A DNA stretch of 64,000 nt from Haliotis rubra (GCF_003918875.1 NW_025765225.1:1550001-1614000), one strand, 5' to 3'. Shown: positions 13,581-25,443, counted from the stretch's first letter. The notes: a model not told the origin generated them from the letters alone. A program made the numbers and translations.

Positions 13581-14166
13581 CTATTTTCACTTTTGATAAA
13601 TTATGTTTCCGTGTTTGTTCATTTGAAAACTTGACAAGGTTTTGCGTGTGTTTCTGATGGGTGCCACCTGTAGGGCTGGATACGCTCACTTTTTCTCTAA
13701 AACGCGAAACTAGCAAGAAGGCCTTTTGGCAGGGATTACTGATAAAAATAGATAGGGCTTTGTTGCCATTTTTTCATAGACATTATTATAACAGTGTGTC
13801 ACAAAGTGTTTTAGTGTCGGTGATATTATGAAGTCTGATTGAGTAAGTAAGTGAGTTAGGTTTAGCGCCGCTTTGAACTATATTCCAGACATATCAGGAC
13901 GAGTCGGCTTAATGTGGGAGAAGAGCCGAAGGTAATGCAGTTCTCAGACATTTAACACTTTGGTAAAACACGGAATGGTCCAAATAAAGAAATAAACCGG
14001 GTTTCTAATCCGCGATCTGGCATGCCAAATGGACGAATATTATCAAGAAATGAATCAAGTCAATCAAAATTTAAGAATGTTAAGCCTCTGTTGTATTTCA
14101 TGTTTGAGTTTGCATGTTACATACTAACCATGAGAGGTTTAAAGCACTCACTAGCACTAGTACGTT

Positions 14167-14796
14167 ATGAGTGTGTATAACACTGTCAATCTGGCCTATG
14201 TTTCAACGCACAACCCCAAGAATCCGGAACTTTTTCATATCATAAGACAAAATGTTCCAATTTTAAATGCTGATATGAAAATGAATCGAATTATGGCTAA
14301 TGTAACAATGATAAAGAGTAAACGCCAAAGCCGTAACTTAAAACACATATTGACACGTGCCACATTCGACTCATGTATTAAACCTACAGAATTCAGTGTC
14401 TCAAAATGTAAACGGGGAAATTGTGGAACTTGTGAATATATACTTGAAACTTCATGTATAAAGTTCAAAAACAGGAAACAATTATTTCATGTACGCTCTA
14501 ACATGGACTGCTCCGCAAAACATATTATTTATGTTATTATATGCCAAGGGTGTCATGAAGAATACATTGGACAAAAGGAGTGCTTGAGGGACAGAATGCG
14601 CGTCCATAAACAACAGATTAAGGACCCCAAAACAAGGTGCATCCCCTTAAGCGCTCACATTGACAAATGCGCAGCAGGAAAGGAAATAAAATTTAAAATA
14701 TTCCCTTTCTATAAAATGAATACTGCTGACGCCATGCAGCGTAAAGCTAAAGAAAACTTTTTCATCAAAGAATTGTGTCCATCGTTAAATAGGTAA
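14167..14796 (+). mobile_element. Penelope-like element 3' part: linker plus GIY-YIG endonuclease ORF (5'-truncated, no RT)
   Basis: KRQSRNLKHIL, CKRGNCGTC, MDCSAKHIIYVIICQGCHEEYIGQ..LRDRMRVH, RKAKENFFIKELCPSLN. Confidence 0.9.
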
Positions 14797-14961
14797 CGCA
14801 ATGTGTCTGAATTATACTTGTTTTCATTGTGCTACTAGCACTGTCAATATAAAGCCGCCAATGTGACGTCATGGCAACGCCGCGTCACAACATTTGTATA
14901 CAGTTGCATTGTGACGTCATGACAAATTGACGTCATAACATAATCAGTTTAACTGTAATCA

Positions 14962-14999
14962 CTTCTCCCTGAAGATAAAAGTGAAACATGTTGGAGAAG
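14962..14999 (+). ncRNA. Minimal type I hammerhead ribozyme-like motif in the Penelope pLTR
   Basis: Stem I CTTCTCC/GGAGAAG; core CTGAAGA...GAAA; palindromic stem III AACATGTT; stem II degenerate. Confidence 0.65.
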
Positions 15000-15034
15000 A
15001 TCCGTGTTGTGTGATTATTTCAGAAACTTCTTCT

Positions 15035-15035
<1 letters not shown>

Positions 15036-15066
<31 letters not shown>

Positions 15067-15071
15067 ATATA
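15036..15071. repeat. (TA)n microsatellite at the end of the Penelope copy
   Basis: Direct reading. Confidence 0.9.
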
Positions 15072-16089
15072 CATGTTACATCGATGTTGAATGTCTTCAC
15101 TAACTCGACGGCACAAACTGCTAACCTTATGCAGATGAATTGCACGAGGATCATGCATCAAATTGCTAGAAAGCATGTGAAAATATCGTGCATATGCACA
15201 GCTCCGACTTTCTGTATTGTTTTGTTAAGAATTCGCCAATTTTCATTGAGTTTCAACTCATGACAACAATCTTTTCAACATTACGAATTTGTTTTACAAT
15301 ACATCAGTTCGTGTGTAAACAGTACCTTCAAACAATATGGAACATTTTGCAAAATCTAGTTTAGAACAGGTTGACTGAAGTAAGTGGCTACATTTACACT
15401 AGTGCGTCTAAACGTTTGATGGGTAGTTTATTAATGCGTATTGCATCGAGCCAACCTTGATATATCCCAGTTTCATTTAGCATTAAATGTATAATATTGC
15501 CGGGTATAGCTCATGTATGTATACACGTATCTGTTTAATAGTTGATAGATAATGGATGGCCGTCTTGTTATAGGTAATTATGCAATAGAAAGTTGCATCC
15601 CTTATGTCAGATTCCTCTGTAGTTCGATTCTTCATCAAACCGGGAGAAAACTGATACCATTACGCCATCCTATTGTTTATGGTGTTGACAGAGTCGTCAA
15701 AGCAACAGGTGAACTACAGAGATGCTAGTTTTGCATTTCTTGTCGGGCTGACACTTCATCTTTTCATCATTGTTTCTTCATCCTTTGGGTTAAATTGATA
15801 CAATGATCATTGGTAATGTAACATATACCACTCAGTCACCCAGTCACTCGAAATAACTAAGAAATCCGGATATTTCTGCAACCTGCCATCCATACAAAGT
15901 GAGAATGTATCTTGATTTGCCCCAAAATGACTTGTCGCGTTGACTTTCAAGAAAAGGCTTGGTCCAAATACAAGGGGCGTCCCAAAAGGAGTCCTCCTAA
16001 CTATATTCTCGATGTCCAATGTTAGAAAAGCTTCCATTTTATTTTGAAGGAATCGTTAGCAAAACAATATAAAAAATTTCACATATGTG

Positions 16090-16400
16090 GGTAACGTGGT
16101 TAACGAGATTCACCACAACACATTGGGGTATAATATTTATTTAAAGATTGCAGAAAGTGAAAAACGATCTGTCATTTTATACCTCTTGGATAATGGTATG
16201 CCCTCAGGTAATATCATGCAAAATATGTTCAGTATAGTATTGGATGACTTTCCGCCATAATCAACATTCAAAGATTTGAATTGCTTGATTTATATTTAGA
16301 CGGGGCTGTTTTTAAAGGACACTCCCATTTTAATCTTTCAAACACATTATGTCCAGATATTCAAGCTGACACTGTTTACAATATATTGAGTGCTGACACT
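16090..16400 (+). mobile_element. Possible highly decayed LINE RT relic
   Basis: YLLDNGMPSGNIMQNMFSIVLDDFP resembles the non-LTR RT motif GxPQGSxxSPxLFxIxxNDLP; only one motif is clear. Confidence 0.3.
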
Positions 16401-17549
16401 TGTGTGACCATTCAGTCTTTAGTTTGAACCCTTGGCGTCATGTATGAATAAGTGAAAATATTAGAATATATTATGTCCTGATGATTACATCATCTGAAAG
16501 GGGTTGGGTAGTGTTTCCAAAACAAGCTCTTTCAGTAAACATCATGGGGGAGTCACCTTAACAAGCGATTGTAGTTTGAAATTGCATTTTTATGCACTTT
16601 AATATCTACGTTTGATTCTAGAGTACTTCTGACTATCTCAAACACACAAAATGTGTCTTGCATATTTTGTTTCCTGAAGTTTGTGATGCATTTATTGCAG
16701 ATTTTGCGTTTTTTGAGGGTACCAAGATAAAAGGTCAACCAAAATGGGGATTGTGAGGCTGGAACATGGCAAAAGCAATTTGCTTGAGCTTGACAGATAA
16801 TTTGTAGAAAAATAAAACATAAAAACAGCTGCATTTGTATAATTTTCTAGGTGAGGCCGACTACTTTTGGGACGCCCCTCGAAGAGCAAATATGCAATAG
16901 GCTGCGGTTAGATGAGAACAAATATCTTTGGAAAGTTGTTTGATAACTTTGTTTGGCAACACTATGTGTTGTGAACCGTTATTTGTAACCAGTCAAGCCT
17001 GCGAGTATTGTAATCTTGAGGTTAAGTGATATATTTCAATTCTGACTATCTGTGACCCATTTTTCGAATGTTCTGAGACAACAGGCTTTTGTACCAAGTT
17101 GTCATAGTGCGTACAACATCGTTTCACAATTTTTCTTGTCGTCAGGGTGGAATGGAGATGAACTACTGTGTTCTGAAATTAAATGAAGTCTCACACTCAA
17201 GTACATTACATTTTGAACCGAGCACTTTAACATGAGGTTTCAGATGTATAGATAACGGTATTTAACCTGGAGTGGAACAACAAAGTTTTTCAACACACTA
17301 GATATATCTCCTTCTAAAATTACATATTCTGTTCCGTCATTCAAAAATACCAATATGTTAATCCAGAAACAAATGAATTTATTTTGGGTTAAACACGGTA
17401 GAGCTTGCCTACTGAAGTGAGCGTGTTTTGCACGTGCGAGTTGTGCAGAAGCCACGTGACGAAGGTGACGTGGTGAGATTGAATATGAGTTTAGCCATTC
17501 GAGGTCTTCGCACTACACAGCGAGCAGCTTTTTTCAGTTTCATTCTGCT

Positions 17550-18080
17550 ATGAGTCGGCATTCGGTTTCCCCTTCACACCATTCGGTGGATTCTGATACA
17601 CCTAACAAGAATAAGCAGAAGGGACCCATTGAAGATCTCTCTTCAGAAATCTCGAGGAGGAACAAGTATATCCGCTTAGCGGATTGTTCACCATCTGGAT
17701 GGGCCGTTGTAGCTGAACTAGAGGGAGACGATATTGCTTCTGGGTCCGAGGAAGAACGTAGATTCGAGAAGCTGAGAATAAAGCCCTGCGTAAACGACGT
17801 GCGTCCTCGTTCCGTTCCAGAGGAAAACCTAGCTATGTTTCACCAAGCGCTACTGTGTCTTCTGCTAGCATGGTTGATGCTTCTAGGGAATCTACAGCCG
17901 GTCAGAACCAGCCTTTTCGTCCCATGGTCAAACGAGGTCCATCTCCCAACGAGCAGTGCTACGTCTGTGGAGGTTTCGGCCACTGGAGGATCTCCTGTCC
18001 TGCGGCAGCTTCACTACGTGCAGCCCAGTCAGCCAGCTCCGATTCAATACAGTCCAACCAAGTTGTCAAGAAGTAGATAA
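17550..18080 (+). pseudogene. DIRS gag-like ORF1, frameshifted, with CCHC zinc knuckle
   Basis: RRNKYIRLADCSPSGWAVVAELEGDDIASGSEEE in one frame; CYVCGGFGHWRISC (C-x2-C-x4-H-x4-C) in the overlapping frame. Confidence 0.8.
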
Positions 18081-18365
18081 TTCACTTCAGGTAATTGTGT
18101 TTCTGTAATATCTGAAGTTGTTCCTTTAGTCAATTGAACAGTGTGTATCTTTCCTGAGAGTATTCTTTAAAATTGTTTTAGGTCGAGTTTCTGCAGTTCC
18201 GATGTTCCGGTGCCAGCAGTCCATAAAACCAAGATACGACAGAGGGATGCTACCTGTGCTTCAGATTTTGACATTGATAATTCTGCATGTTTAGGAGATA
18301 CTGAGTTAGATTCTGAATTCATCCAACTAAGGTTTTACGAGTTTGAATCCAACACTTCGTGCATC

Positions 18366-18998
18366 GTGAAAGGCAGTTAAAAGAAGCGTGTTTCCTTTTG
18401 GGTAAATATTGGAGCTCCTCAGTTTGTAATCGATACTATTACTGATGGTTATGTCATTCCATTCGTTGATAGTCCTCCTCCATCTTTTTCTAAAAAGGTT
18501 ATAGCTCTTACTCCAGTTTTTGGCGATGTTTGTAGACTTTTCACAAGGCATATGTATTCGGAGGTATATAAGGCTTCTTCCTGGGATAGATGTCTTAGGT
18601 TAGAAAATTGTCATTGTGTGTATGAATTGCTGTTTTGGAGAGACAGCCTGCGTAGTCTAAAACCAAGAGTGTTGTCTACTGTTATTCAACCTATGCTGTC
18701 TGTGTTCACAGATGCAAGTGACATAGGTTGTGGAGGTTATGTTGCAGATTCTTATCATGTGTTTCCAAATGTGTGGGACTTTCAAGAGAAACGTGGTAGT
18801 TCGACGTGGAGAGAAGTGAAGGCCATAGAATTAGTTCTCATTCCGTTTACCAGGGTTCTAAGTGGCAAAACTGTAAAGTGGTTTACAGATAGTAAGCCAT
18901 GTTGTCGTGTAGCTTCATGTGGTAGTTCTAAACAGCATCTACAACAAGTTGCCACCTCCATCTTTGTGATAGCCAATCAGTACAACATAAGGTTGTAA
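18366..18998 (+). pseudogene. DIRS pol remnant: RT N-terminus fused to RNase H
   Basis: VKGS*KKRVSFWVNIGAPQFVIDTITDGYVIPF joined in frame to VIALTPVFGDVCRLFTRHMY; RNase H motifs VFTDASDIGCGG, SSTWREVKAI, KWFTDS. Confidence 0.85.
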
Positions 18999-19002
18999 CA
19001 AT

Positions 19003-19278
19003 TTGAATACCAAGTTAGAAAGGTTTAATTCCAGATCGTGGGTACCGGATACGAAGGCAGTTGATGCATTTACACAGCAGTGGCATGGGGAAAACAACTG
19101 GGCAGTTCCTCCTGTACATTTGGTGTTCAAAACTGTACATTTTATCTTAGCGTGCACTGCTCCAACTACTTTAGTGGTGCCTATGTGGCCATCCGCTCCA
19201 TACTGGCCTTTGTTGTTCCTGGAAGGTCACAAAGCAAGACCTTGTCTCAGGTGGGAGCAAGCAGTCTATATTCAATAA
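19003..19278 (+). pseudogene. DIRS methyltransferase-like domain fragment
   Basis: NTKLERFNS..W.P....VDAFTQQWHGENNWAVPP...VVPMWPSAPYWP. Confidence 0.8.
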
Positions 19279-19327
19279 TTTCAAGGGGTTCGTGTTAGCT
19301 CTCAGATTTGACAGTTGATTATATATC

Positions 19328-20356
19328 TTGTCAGGTATGTTTTCCGTTGGTATATGGAGAGAGAAAGAGGCTCTGGTGCACCAAGATTTAGTTGACTTAT
19401 CTACGAAAATGCCTGATATAGTTTTAAAATCTAAAGCAGATACTACAGTTATAAAATATAGAAGAGCTCTTACATGTTGGAAAACATTATACCTTACGTC
19501 ATTGATTCAGTCGGGTAAAAGGTCTCCTGTTATTATGGAATCTGTGTACGGTATAAGATGGGCGCACAGAGTGGCGGGTCTACCAGATCCATGTCAACAT
19601 GACCTAATTAAGAACATTAAAGAGGCAGCTAGGAGATGTCACAGTGACCCTGTCAAGAAGAAAGACCGTGTAGATGTTGGTATTTTGGAACGGTTAGTTG
19701 ATAGATTTGGCAAAGAGAATTCTTCTCTTATAGATTTAAGACTTCTGACAATGTCCATTTTTTCATATGCTGGCTTTTTCAGATTTTCTGAAGTTTCCGT
19801 AATTAGGCGTTCTGATATTTCTTTTCATGAAGGATATGTTCGTAATTTCATAGAAAAGAGTAAGACAGACGTGTATAGAGACGGCAGATTTGTTGTGATT
19901 GCGGCGTCTGATTCCCAACTCTGCCCAGTGAATATGCTTCGCCGTTATATGTTATTAGCAAATATCAAAGAAGACTCCCATGAGTTCTTGTTCAGACAAG
20001 TGAATTATTGTAGAAAACAAAAGAAGTATGTTCTCAGAGGCAATAAGCCAATGTCTTACACGAGAACAAGAGAAATTTTCAGGGAAAAATGTAATGAAAT
20101 AGGAATAGATGTGAACAGTTTTGGTTTGCATAGCTTTCGTTCTGGGGGAGCAACAGCCGCTGCGAGTGCAGGTGTACCCGATCCGTTGTTTAAGAGACAT
20201 GGCCGCCGGGTTTCCGACACGGGAAAAGACGGATATGTTAAAGATGACATAAAAGAGTTGTTGGGTGTCACTTGTATGTTAGGCTTGTACGTTTCCTGGG
20301 CTGTAATAAATGATTATCGTTTCTTTGACCTATCTTTTAATTTCGAGCTGCGGTAG
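19328..20356 (+). CDS. Tyrosine recombinase of the DIRS element
   Basis: Catalytic set R (GFFRFSE), K (KSKTD), HxxR (HSFRSGGAT), H (HGRR, usually HGRW), Y (DGYVKD); probable small N-terminal deletion and C-terminal read-through. Confidence 0.85.
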   Translation: MSGMFSVGIWREKEALVHQDLVDLSTKMPDIVLKSKADTTVIKYRRALTCWKTLYLTSLIQSGKRSPVIMESVYGIRWAHRVAGLPDPCQHDLIKNIKEAARRCHSDPVKKKDRVDVGILERLVDRFGKENSSLIDLRLLTMSIFSYAGFFRFSEVSVIRRSDISFHEGYVRNFIEKSKTDVYRDGRFVVIAASDSQLCPVNMLRRYMLLANIKEDSHEFLFRQVNYCRKQKKYVLRGNKPMSYTRTREIFREKCNEIGIDVNSFGLHSFRSGGATAAASAGVPDPLFKRHGRRVSDTGKDGYVKDDIKELLGVTCMLGLYVSWAVINDYRFFDLSFNFELR

Positions 20357-20899
20357 GCATTACCCATGCGAAGTGTTATGTTGTACATAAATAAATAATT
20401 TATGTTCGTTTGATCGAAGAGAATTAGAACATAAAAACCCGTTTCATGTCCGGCCTTCGTGGCTAGGTGATGACCGATCCACAGGGTCACGAGATGGCAG
20501 GTCCGTCGGAACACTAGGTATCCGGTTGAATATGACCATGACGAGGTATCTGACAGACAGCGTGACGTCATATCCGGCTAACAGGATCACATGGTATTGT
20601 AATGTCCGACCAATACGACCATGTGATGTCTGCCCCATATGACAATGTAGTGGCCAATCGACAGGGCCACGAGATAACCGGTCAACCTGACCGTGAGATA
20701 TCCGGCCTCAGCAGACCATGGCCCTTTTAAAGACCCTTTATTGACAAAAACGGAAAATTGTTTGTATATGCCTCCCCCATTCATCTACTTAATGTGTCCA
20801 GTGTGTAAAAAGCAAACCTAAATTCCGTATCTAGGCAGACAAGCAATGCCGTGAAACCAGCCAATAAAACACCAACATGATATTCCAAAGCACGAACTC

Positions 20900-20905
20900 T
20901 TTATT
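20900..20905 (-). terminator. Candidate polyadenylation signal of the EH-like gene
   Basis: AATAAA on the minus strand ~715 nt after the stop codon; another at ~20737-20742. Confidence 0.35.
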
Positions 20906-21620
20906 CCAACTGTTGGAAATATTTTTTGTTTGAAATAAATAAATAAATAATTTATGGAATGTACTAACATCACATGTGACATATAAAGAAATGTATCATT
21001 GCAGATGATATGAAAATAATCGTCGTAAACAGAGTAAACACTGAACCTGATCGCGCTTTGTTATGTATATAAGCATGCCGTGAATGATCCGATTGTTGAC
21101 ATAAGCTTGTGCCGATACTAGAAGGTTCTATCTTCTAAACAATTAAACATCCCAGTGTACAGGGGTAATCCAAGATAATCAAACTTTCTTTTAACACACA
21201 CTTTCATCGGCATCCATCAGAGTGGACAACACCCCAACATGTTCTTTCCATTTATCGAGATATTCAATCATTCCCGATGGTAAATAAGATTTCTCTACCT
21301 CACATTATTGATTTCAATATTCCGACATTTGTACAGTAACTTACGATCCAGATTGGGCAATGACAAACTGTTCAGGTTTTTTCGCGTCCACGTATAGTTG
21401 TGCCATGTGAAAGGACAAGTGGACATTGACTATTTTCGAGGCCATCTTAAACGGACAATTAAGAAAAATAACGCCCATTATTTCAAACACCCCCAATATA
21501 ACAGAATGTCAAAATTGAATGAAATAAATACGCTTGGGAAAAGGGGATGAATGCTTACAAAATAAATACGTTTGGAGGTATAAATAATATTCACATACTA
21601 CAGTCTCAAAGTGTCCTTTT

Positions 21621-21977
21621 TCAACAATTCTTGGGCAACTCCTTCTTCACAAGGCACGTGAATATGCACGAAAGACGATTCAATTGTAGCCCACTTTCGT
21701 CATGTACACACTTTTCGCAACGTTCTTCACAATCTTCTGACGTTACCCGAAATTCTGTACGTTTGTTTGACGGTGCGCTTCCTCTTGTACATTCAGGGTC
21801 GATGGTCCTCCCTTTTGAATCTATGCAGGCTTGGGCACAGGCCTTGCCGTCATACATTTTCTTTCCCCATGACTCCACGCAATTGACACACTCAAACAAA
21901 CAGCCGTCGTACAGCGTGAATCCTTTCACCAGCAAGGGAATGAGGAAAAGTAGTGCGACGGAAAGTATCGGTTTCAT
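21621..21977 (-). CDS. Secreted eclosion-hormone-like neuropeptide precursor with two tandem 6-Cys domains
   Basis: Signal peptide MKPILSVALLFLIPLLVKG. Domain 1 C-x3-C-x2-C-x13-C-x3-C-x11-C with EH-like YDGxxCAxxCIxxKG...PEC. KR at aa 72-73. Domain 2 C-x3-C-x2-C-x13-C-x3-C-x9-C. Splice acceptor TTTCAG 2 nt before the ATG. Confidence 0.85.
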   Translation of the reverse strand: MKPILSVALLFLIPLLVKGFTLYDGCLFECVNCVESWGKKMYDGKACAQACIDSKGRTIDPECTRGSAPSNKRTEFRVTSEDCEERCEKCVHDESGLQLNRLSCIFTCLVKKELPKNC

Positions 21978-21979
21978 AT

Positions 21980-21995
21980 CTGAAACATCAAATTT
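21980..21995 (-). promoter_or_regulatory. 3' splice acceptor of a 5'-UTR intron of the EH-like gene
   Basis: Minus strand AAATTTGATGTTTCAG|ATATGAAA. Confidence 0.65.
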
Positions 21996-22592
21996 TAAAG
22001 TATATGTAAAATATATCTTAATCGAACAGACAATTCTGTAGACGTCTAGAGATGTACTGACGTTTAAAGTGGTTGACTTGAACTTTGTAAGGTCATTGCA
22101 TTGTGAGTCCTTGTTTCTAGGTTAATCTTTTTTTAAAAAAACATCAACAAATCACTGTCATTTTCTTAATGTTTTATACATCAGGCACATCGGGTACATT
22201 ACTGAAGAATCCGGGGACTGAAAGTGGTGGCATCGATGACATTAAGACCCATTTCTATCAGAATACTTGCTTTTACGTCCATTTACTTGCACTAATGTGC
22301 AATTGTAGAGTCCCCAACAACAAACCATCACGGAATCTGACCCGTGATTATCTTCTTTATTAAGTCCGAGTAAATGTAATCAGATCAAACAACCCATCTG
22401 TAACACTAGTTTGCGGAATCACGATCAGCGGAACTACATTTTTTTTTAATCAAATGTGTTACACGTATGGCAATGCAAGACCGCGTGACTGCATCTCAAC
22501 CCTTAGGAACACTTATTACGCAAATATTTCAGCCATACAGTACATACGTGTTAGGTCATCTGAATAAACGATGCATCTTGTTTAGTAATTAA

Positions 22593-23880
22593 CATCTGTG
22601 GGACACGGGCTTTTTATTGGGTACCTTTTATGGTAGTCATCAGCTGGCTAGCCATCAGCAAAGATGTACTTTTCCTGATATAATGGTACAGTTAGCAGCG
22701 ATTAAATCCCTATTAATTATCTTAAGTCTTGTTTTCTAAGACGTTGTGTTACCCATCATGGCTCGTATCATATAATCTAATTTCAATTAGTTTCCCTCGT
22801 ATTCATTGATATATTCTCAGGTCCATATAAGAAAACAGATTTCACTTTTTCATCTTGTTTAGTAATTGGGTGGGGTAGCCTATTGGTTAAAGCGTAATGC
22901 CACAAACTAGGGTGAGATTCCCCACATGGGTACAATGTGTGAAGCCCATTTCTGGTGTCCCCCGCTGTGATAATGCTGAAATATTGTTTTGTAATACAAC
23001 TGTTAATCATACGCTAATGCTAAAGGTATGCCCAAAACGTCTAAAGGTTCTGACTATATAAACTGGGATATCTATTGGCATACTTCTATGAAATTAAGCG
23101 TTCATTCTTCACTACATAAATGTTCAAGATTATCCCATATTTTGTTTAGTGCAGTTAACTTACTAAAGAAGGTTTGATAATTCCCTCGTCCAGACATTAG
23201 TGTTGTCATGTACAGAGTATTGGCTAAGGGCGCCCAGTGTCACATTACTAGGTTAATTCAATACAAACTGATGGCTGTGAAGTCTCATGATTATAATACT
23301 CTCTCACTGTCAACATCGTTCCGCTTTGAATCACGATCCCTCCTTAAGAAAACGGATTATCGATTTTCCTCCGGTCTATGCAATTGTTGACTGCAATCGG
23401 AGACGTTCAAAGATTTTTATATCTGCACCTTCGTGTGTTCTACATGCTCGTCTGACACAGAATGTCATCATTTCATAGGCGTCACATCGAGAACTTGATT
23501 ACGGGTATTGTTTTGGCATTCACTTGCTACCTAACGATGGTGATTGGAGGTACATATACCTATTTTCAATATGTACGTGGAATGTATATAATCTGGTACA
23601 CAACTGAGTCAATGCCTGCCCAACTGATCCATCTGTGGGACGCGGGCATTTTATGGTAGTCATCAGCTGGCTAGCCATTAGCAAACATGTACTTTTCTTG
23701 ATGTAATGGTAGAGTTAGGAGCAGTTAAAATCCTATCAATTATATTAAGTCTTGTTTTCCAAGACGTAGTGTTACCTATCATGGCTCGTATATTATTCGA
23801 ATCTGTTTTCAATTAGTTTCCATCGTATTCAATGATTTAATCTGAGGTCCATAAAAAAGAAAACTGAATTCACTTTTCCT
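22593..23880. repeat. ~260-bp direct duplication (~22593-22852 and ~23630-23880)
   Basis: CATCTGTGGGAC.CGGGC...TTTTATGGTAGTCATCAGCTGGCTAGCC...TTCACTTTT occurs twice. Confidence 0.9.
22868..22987 (+). mobile_element. SINE family A, diverged
   Basis: GGTGGGGTAGCCTATTGGTTAAAGCG...CCCACATGGGTACAATGTGTGAAGCCCATTTCTGG. Confidence 0.8.
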
Positions 23881-24720
23881 TTAAGACAGACTTAGGCTCA
23901 CCTTCAACTGCTCCTTTTGGGGATAATATACCATACCAAAACACATACAACTGGGAGTGCGTGAGTGCGTGAGTGCGTGAGTGAGTGAGTAAGTGAGTGA
24001 GTGAGTGAGATTTAACGACGTTTTGCAAGTCTTACGTGTTTTTACACGAGTAAGTGCTAACAGATTTATAAGGAACAGGAAGCATCTTATATTCAGACTC
24101 ACGACCCATACTCTCCACAGCGAACAGCTTAAAACAACCCGGATCGGTCAGATCGCACCAGTATTTATGTGTTTCTCTCTAACATATTGTAGTCCATTAT
24201 ATAATGATTGTTTGGGTCGAGACTAATAGAGGGCTTATTATAAGCTAAATGCCAACCACTATGATTACTGTTGAAACGGCAGTAACAATTAAACCAACAA
24301 TAACTAGACACACCAACCAATACACAATTACTACATAACATTGATTTATATATAAAAAGACACCCCAAACAACACACAATTACTACATAACATTAATTAA
24401 CATAGAAAAAAAAGAAATTTAGGTCTAAGCTAATTGTTTGGCGTAAGAACATCACAGGCATACTAGATATGTAGTCATAATATTTAGAAACGCGAGGGTA
24501 GCGTTTTATGCTTTCCTTGATCTACTATTTATCGGTATGTGGGTGTATTTTTATATATAAACATATGCTCTATTGGTTGTGTTTCCTGGCAGCATTAGTT
24601 ACTGTCTATGCAGGCATAGGTACAGACACCTCACAGACACGCATAAAGCTCTTTCCGTACTGACATCTGATTAATCGTCTTCACTCCGTAGATCTACCAT
24701 TCTGCTGTTAAGACTATTTA

Positions 24721-24893
24721 GGGGCGGTGGGGGTAGCCTAGTCGTTAAAGCGTTCGCTCGTCACACCGAAAGCCCGGGTTCGGTTCCCCTCATGGATACA
24801 ATGTGTAAAGCCCATATTTGGTGTCCCCCGTCGTGATATTGGTGGAATATTGCTAAAAGCGGCGTAAACCTAAACTCACTCACTCACTCACTC
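24721..24893 (+). mobile_element. SINE family A
   Basis: Full consensus match with (ACTC)n tail. Confidence 0.9.
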
Positions 24894-24989
24894 AATAATA
24901 TGTAGACTAACCACGTGCTGATTTTGATACGAACGAATATGTTTAAGGTCACTGAGCGAAAATTCAACATCGGTGTTATTGTTCGATGA

Positions 24990-25146
24990 GGGCGGTGGGG
25001 TAGCCTAGTGGTTAAAACGTTCGCTCGTCACGCTAAAGACCCGGGTTCGATTCCCCACTGGTACAATGTGTGAAGCCCATTTCTGGTCTTCCCCGCCGTG
25101 ATATTGCTGGAATATTGCTAGAGCAGCGTAAAACCATACTCACTTA
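24990..25146 (+). mobile_element. SINE family A
   Basis: Full match; imperfect TSD TATTGTTCGATGA / TATTGTCCAATGA. Confidence 0.9.
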
Positions 25147-25443
25147 CTATTGTCCAATGATGCTATGGCGAAAGCTAGTTAGCTACTAAACACTATCCTC
25201 AGCAGCGACCGACCGCAAGTCAAGTCTCAACTATGACGTTAGTTTCCGACGTTTTTTTAACGGTTTTGCCTACAGGTCTGACTATAGAAAAAATCTATTT
25301 TACGATACGTTTTCATATTCTTATAAATGATATCATTTCATATTTTTACTGTATAGCCCCTTCAAGCAGGTTGTTATTGATTCTTATTATAAGTTTGTGT
25401 TGTTGCTTAACACTACACTGAGCAATATACCAGCTTTATGAGA

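Larger units (their letters stand above)
17367..20411 (+). mobile_element. DIRS-type tyrosine-recombinase retrotransposon, defective (RT core deleted)
   Basis: Domain order gag(CCHC)-[RT start]-RNase H-methyltransferase-YR. Ends uncertain; only weak inverted similarity between ~17367-17417 and ~20348-20411. Confidence 0.9.

Noticed and set aside
19328-20356. Phage integrase or horizontal transfer from bacteria
   Set aside because: Flanking gag, RNase H and MT domains identify it as a DIRS retrotransposon YR
21547-22041. 164-aa plus-strand ORF
   Set aside because: Antisense to the EH-like CDS, no recognisable features
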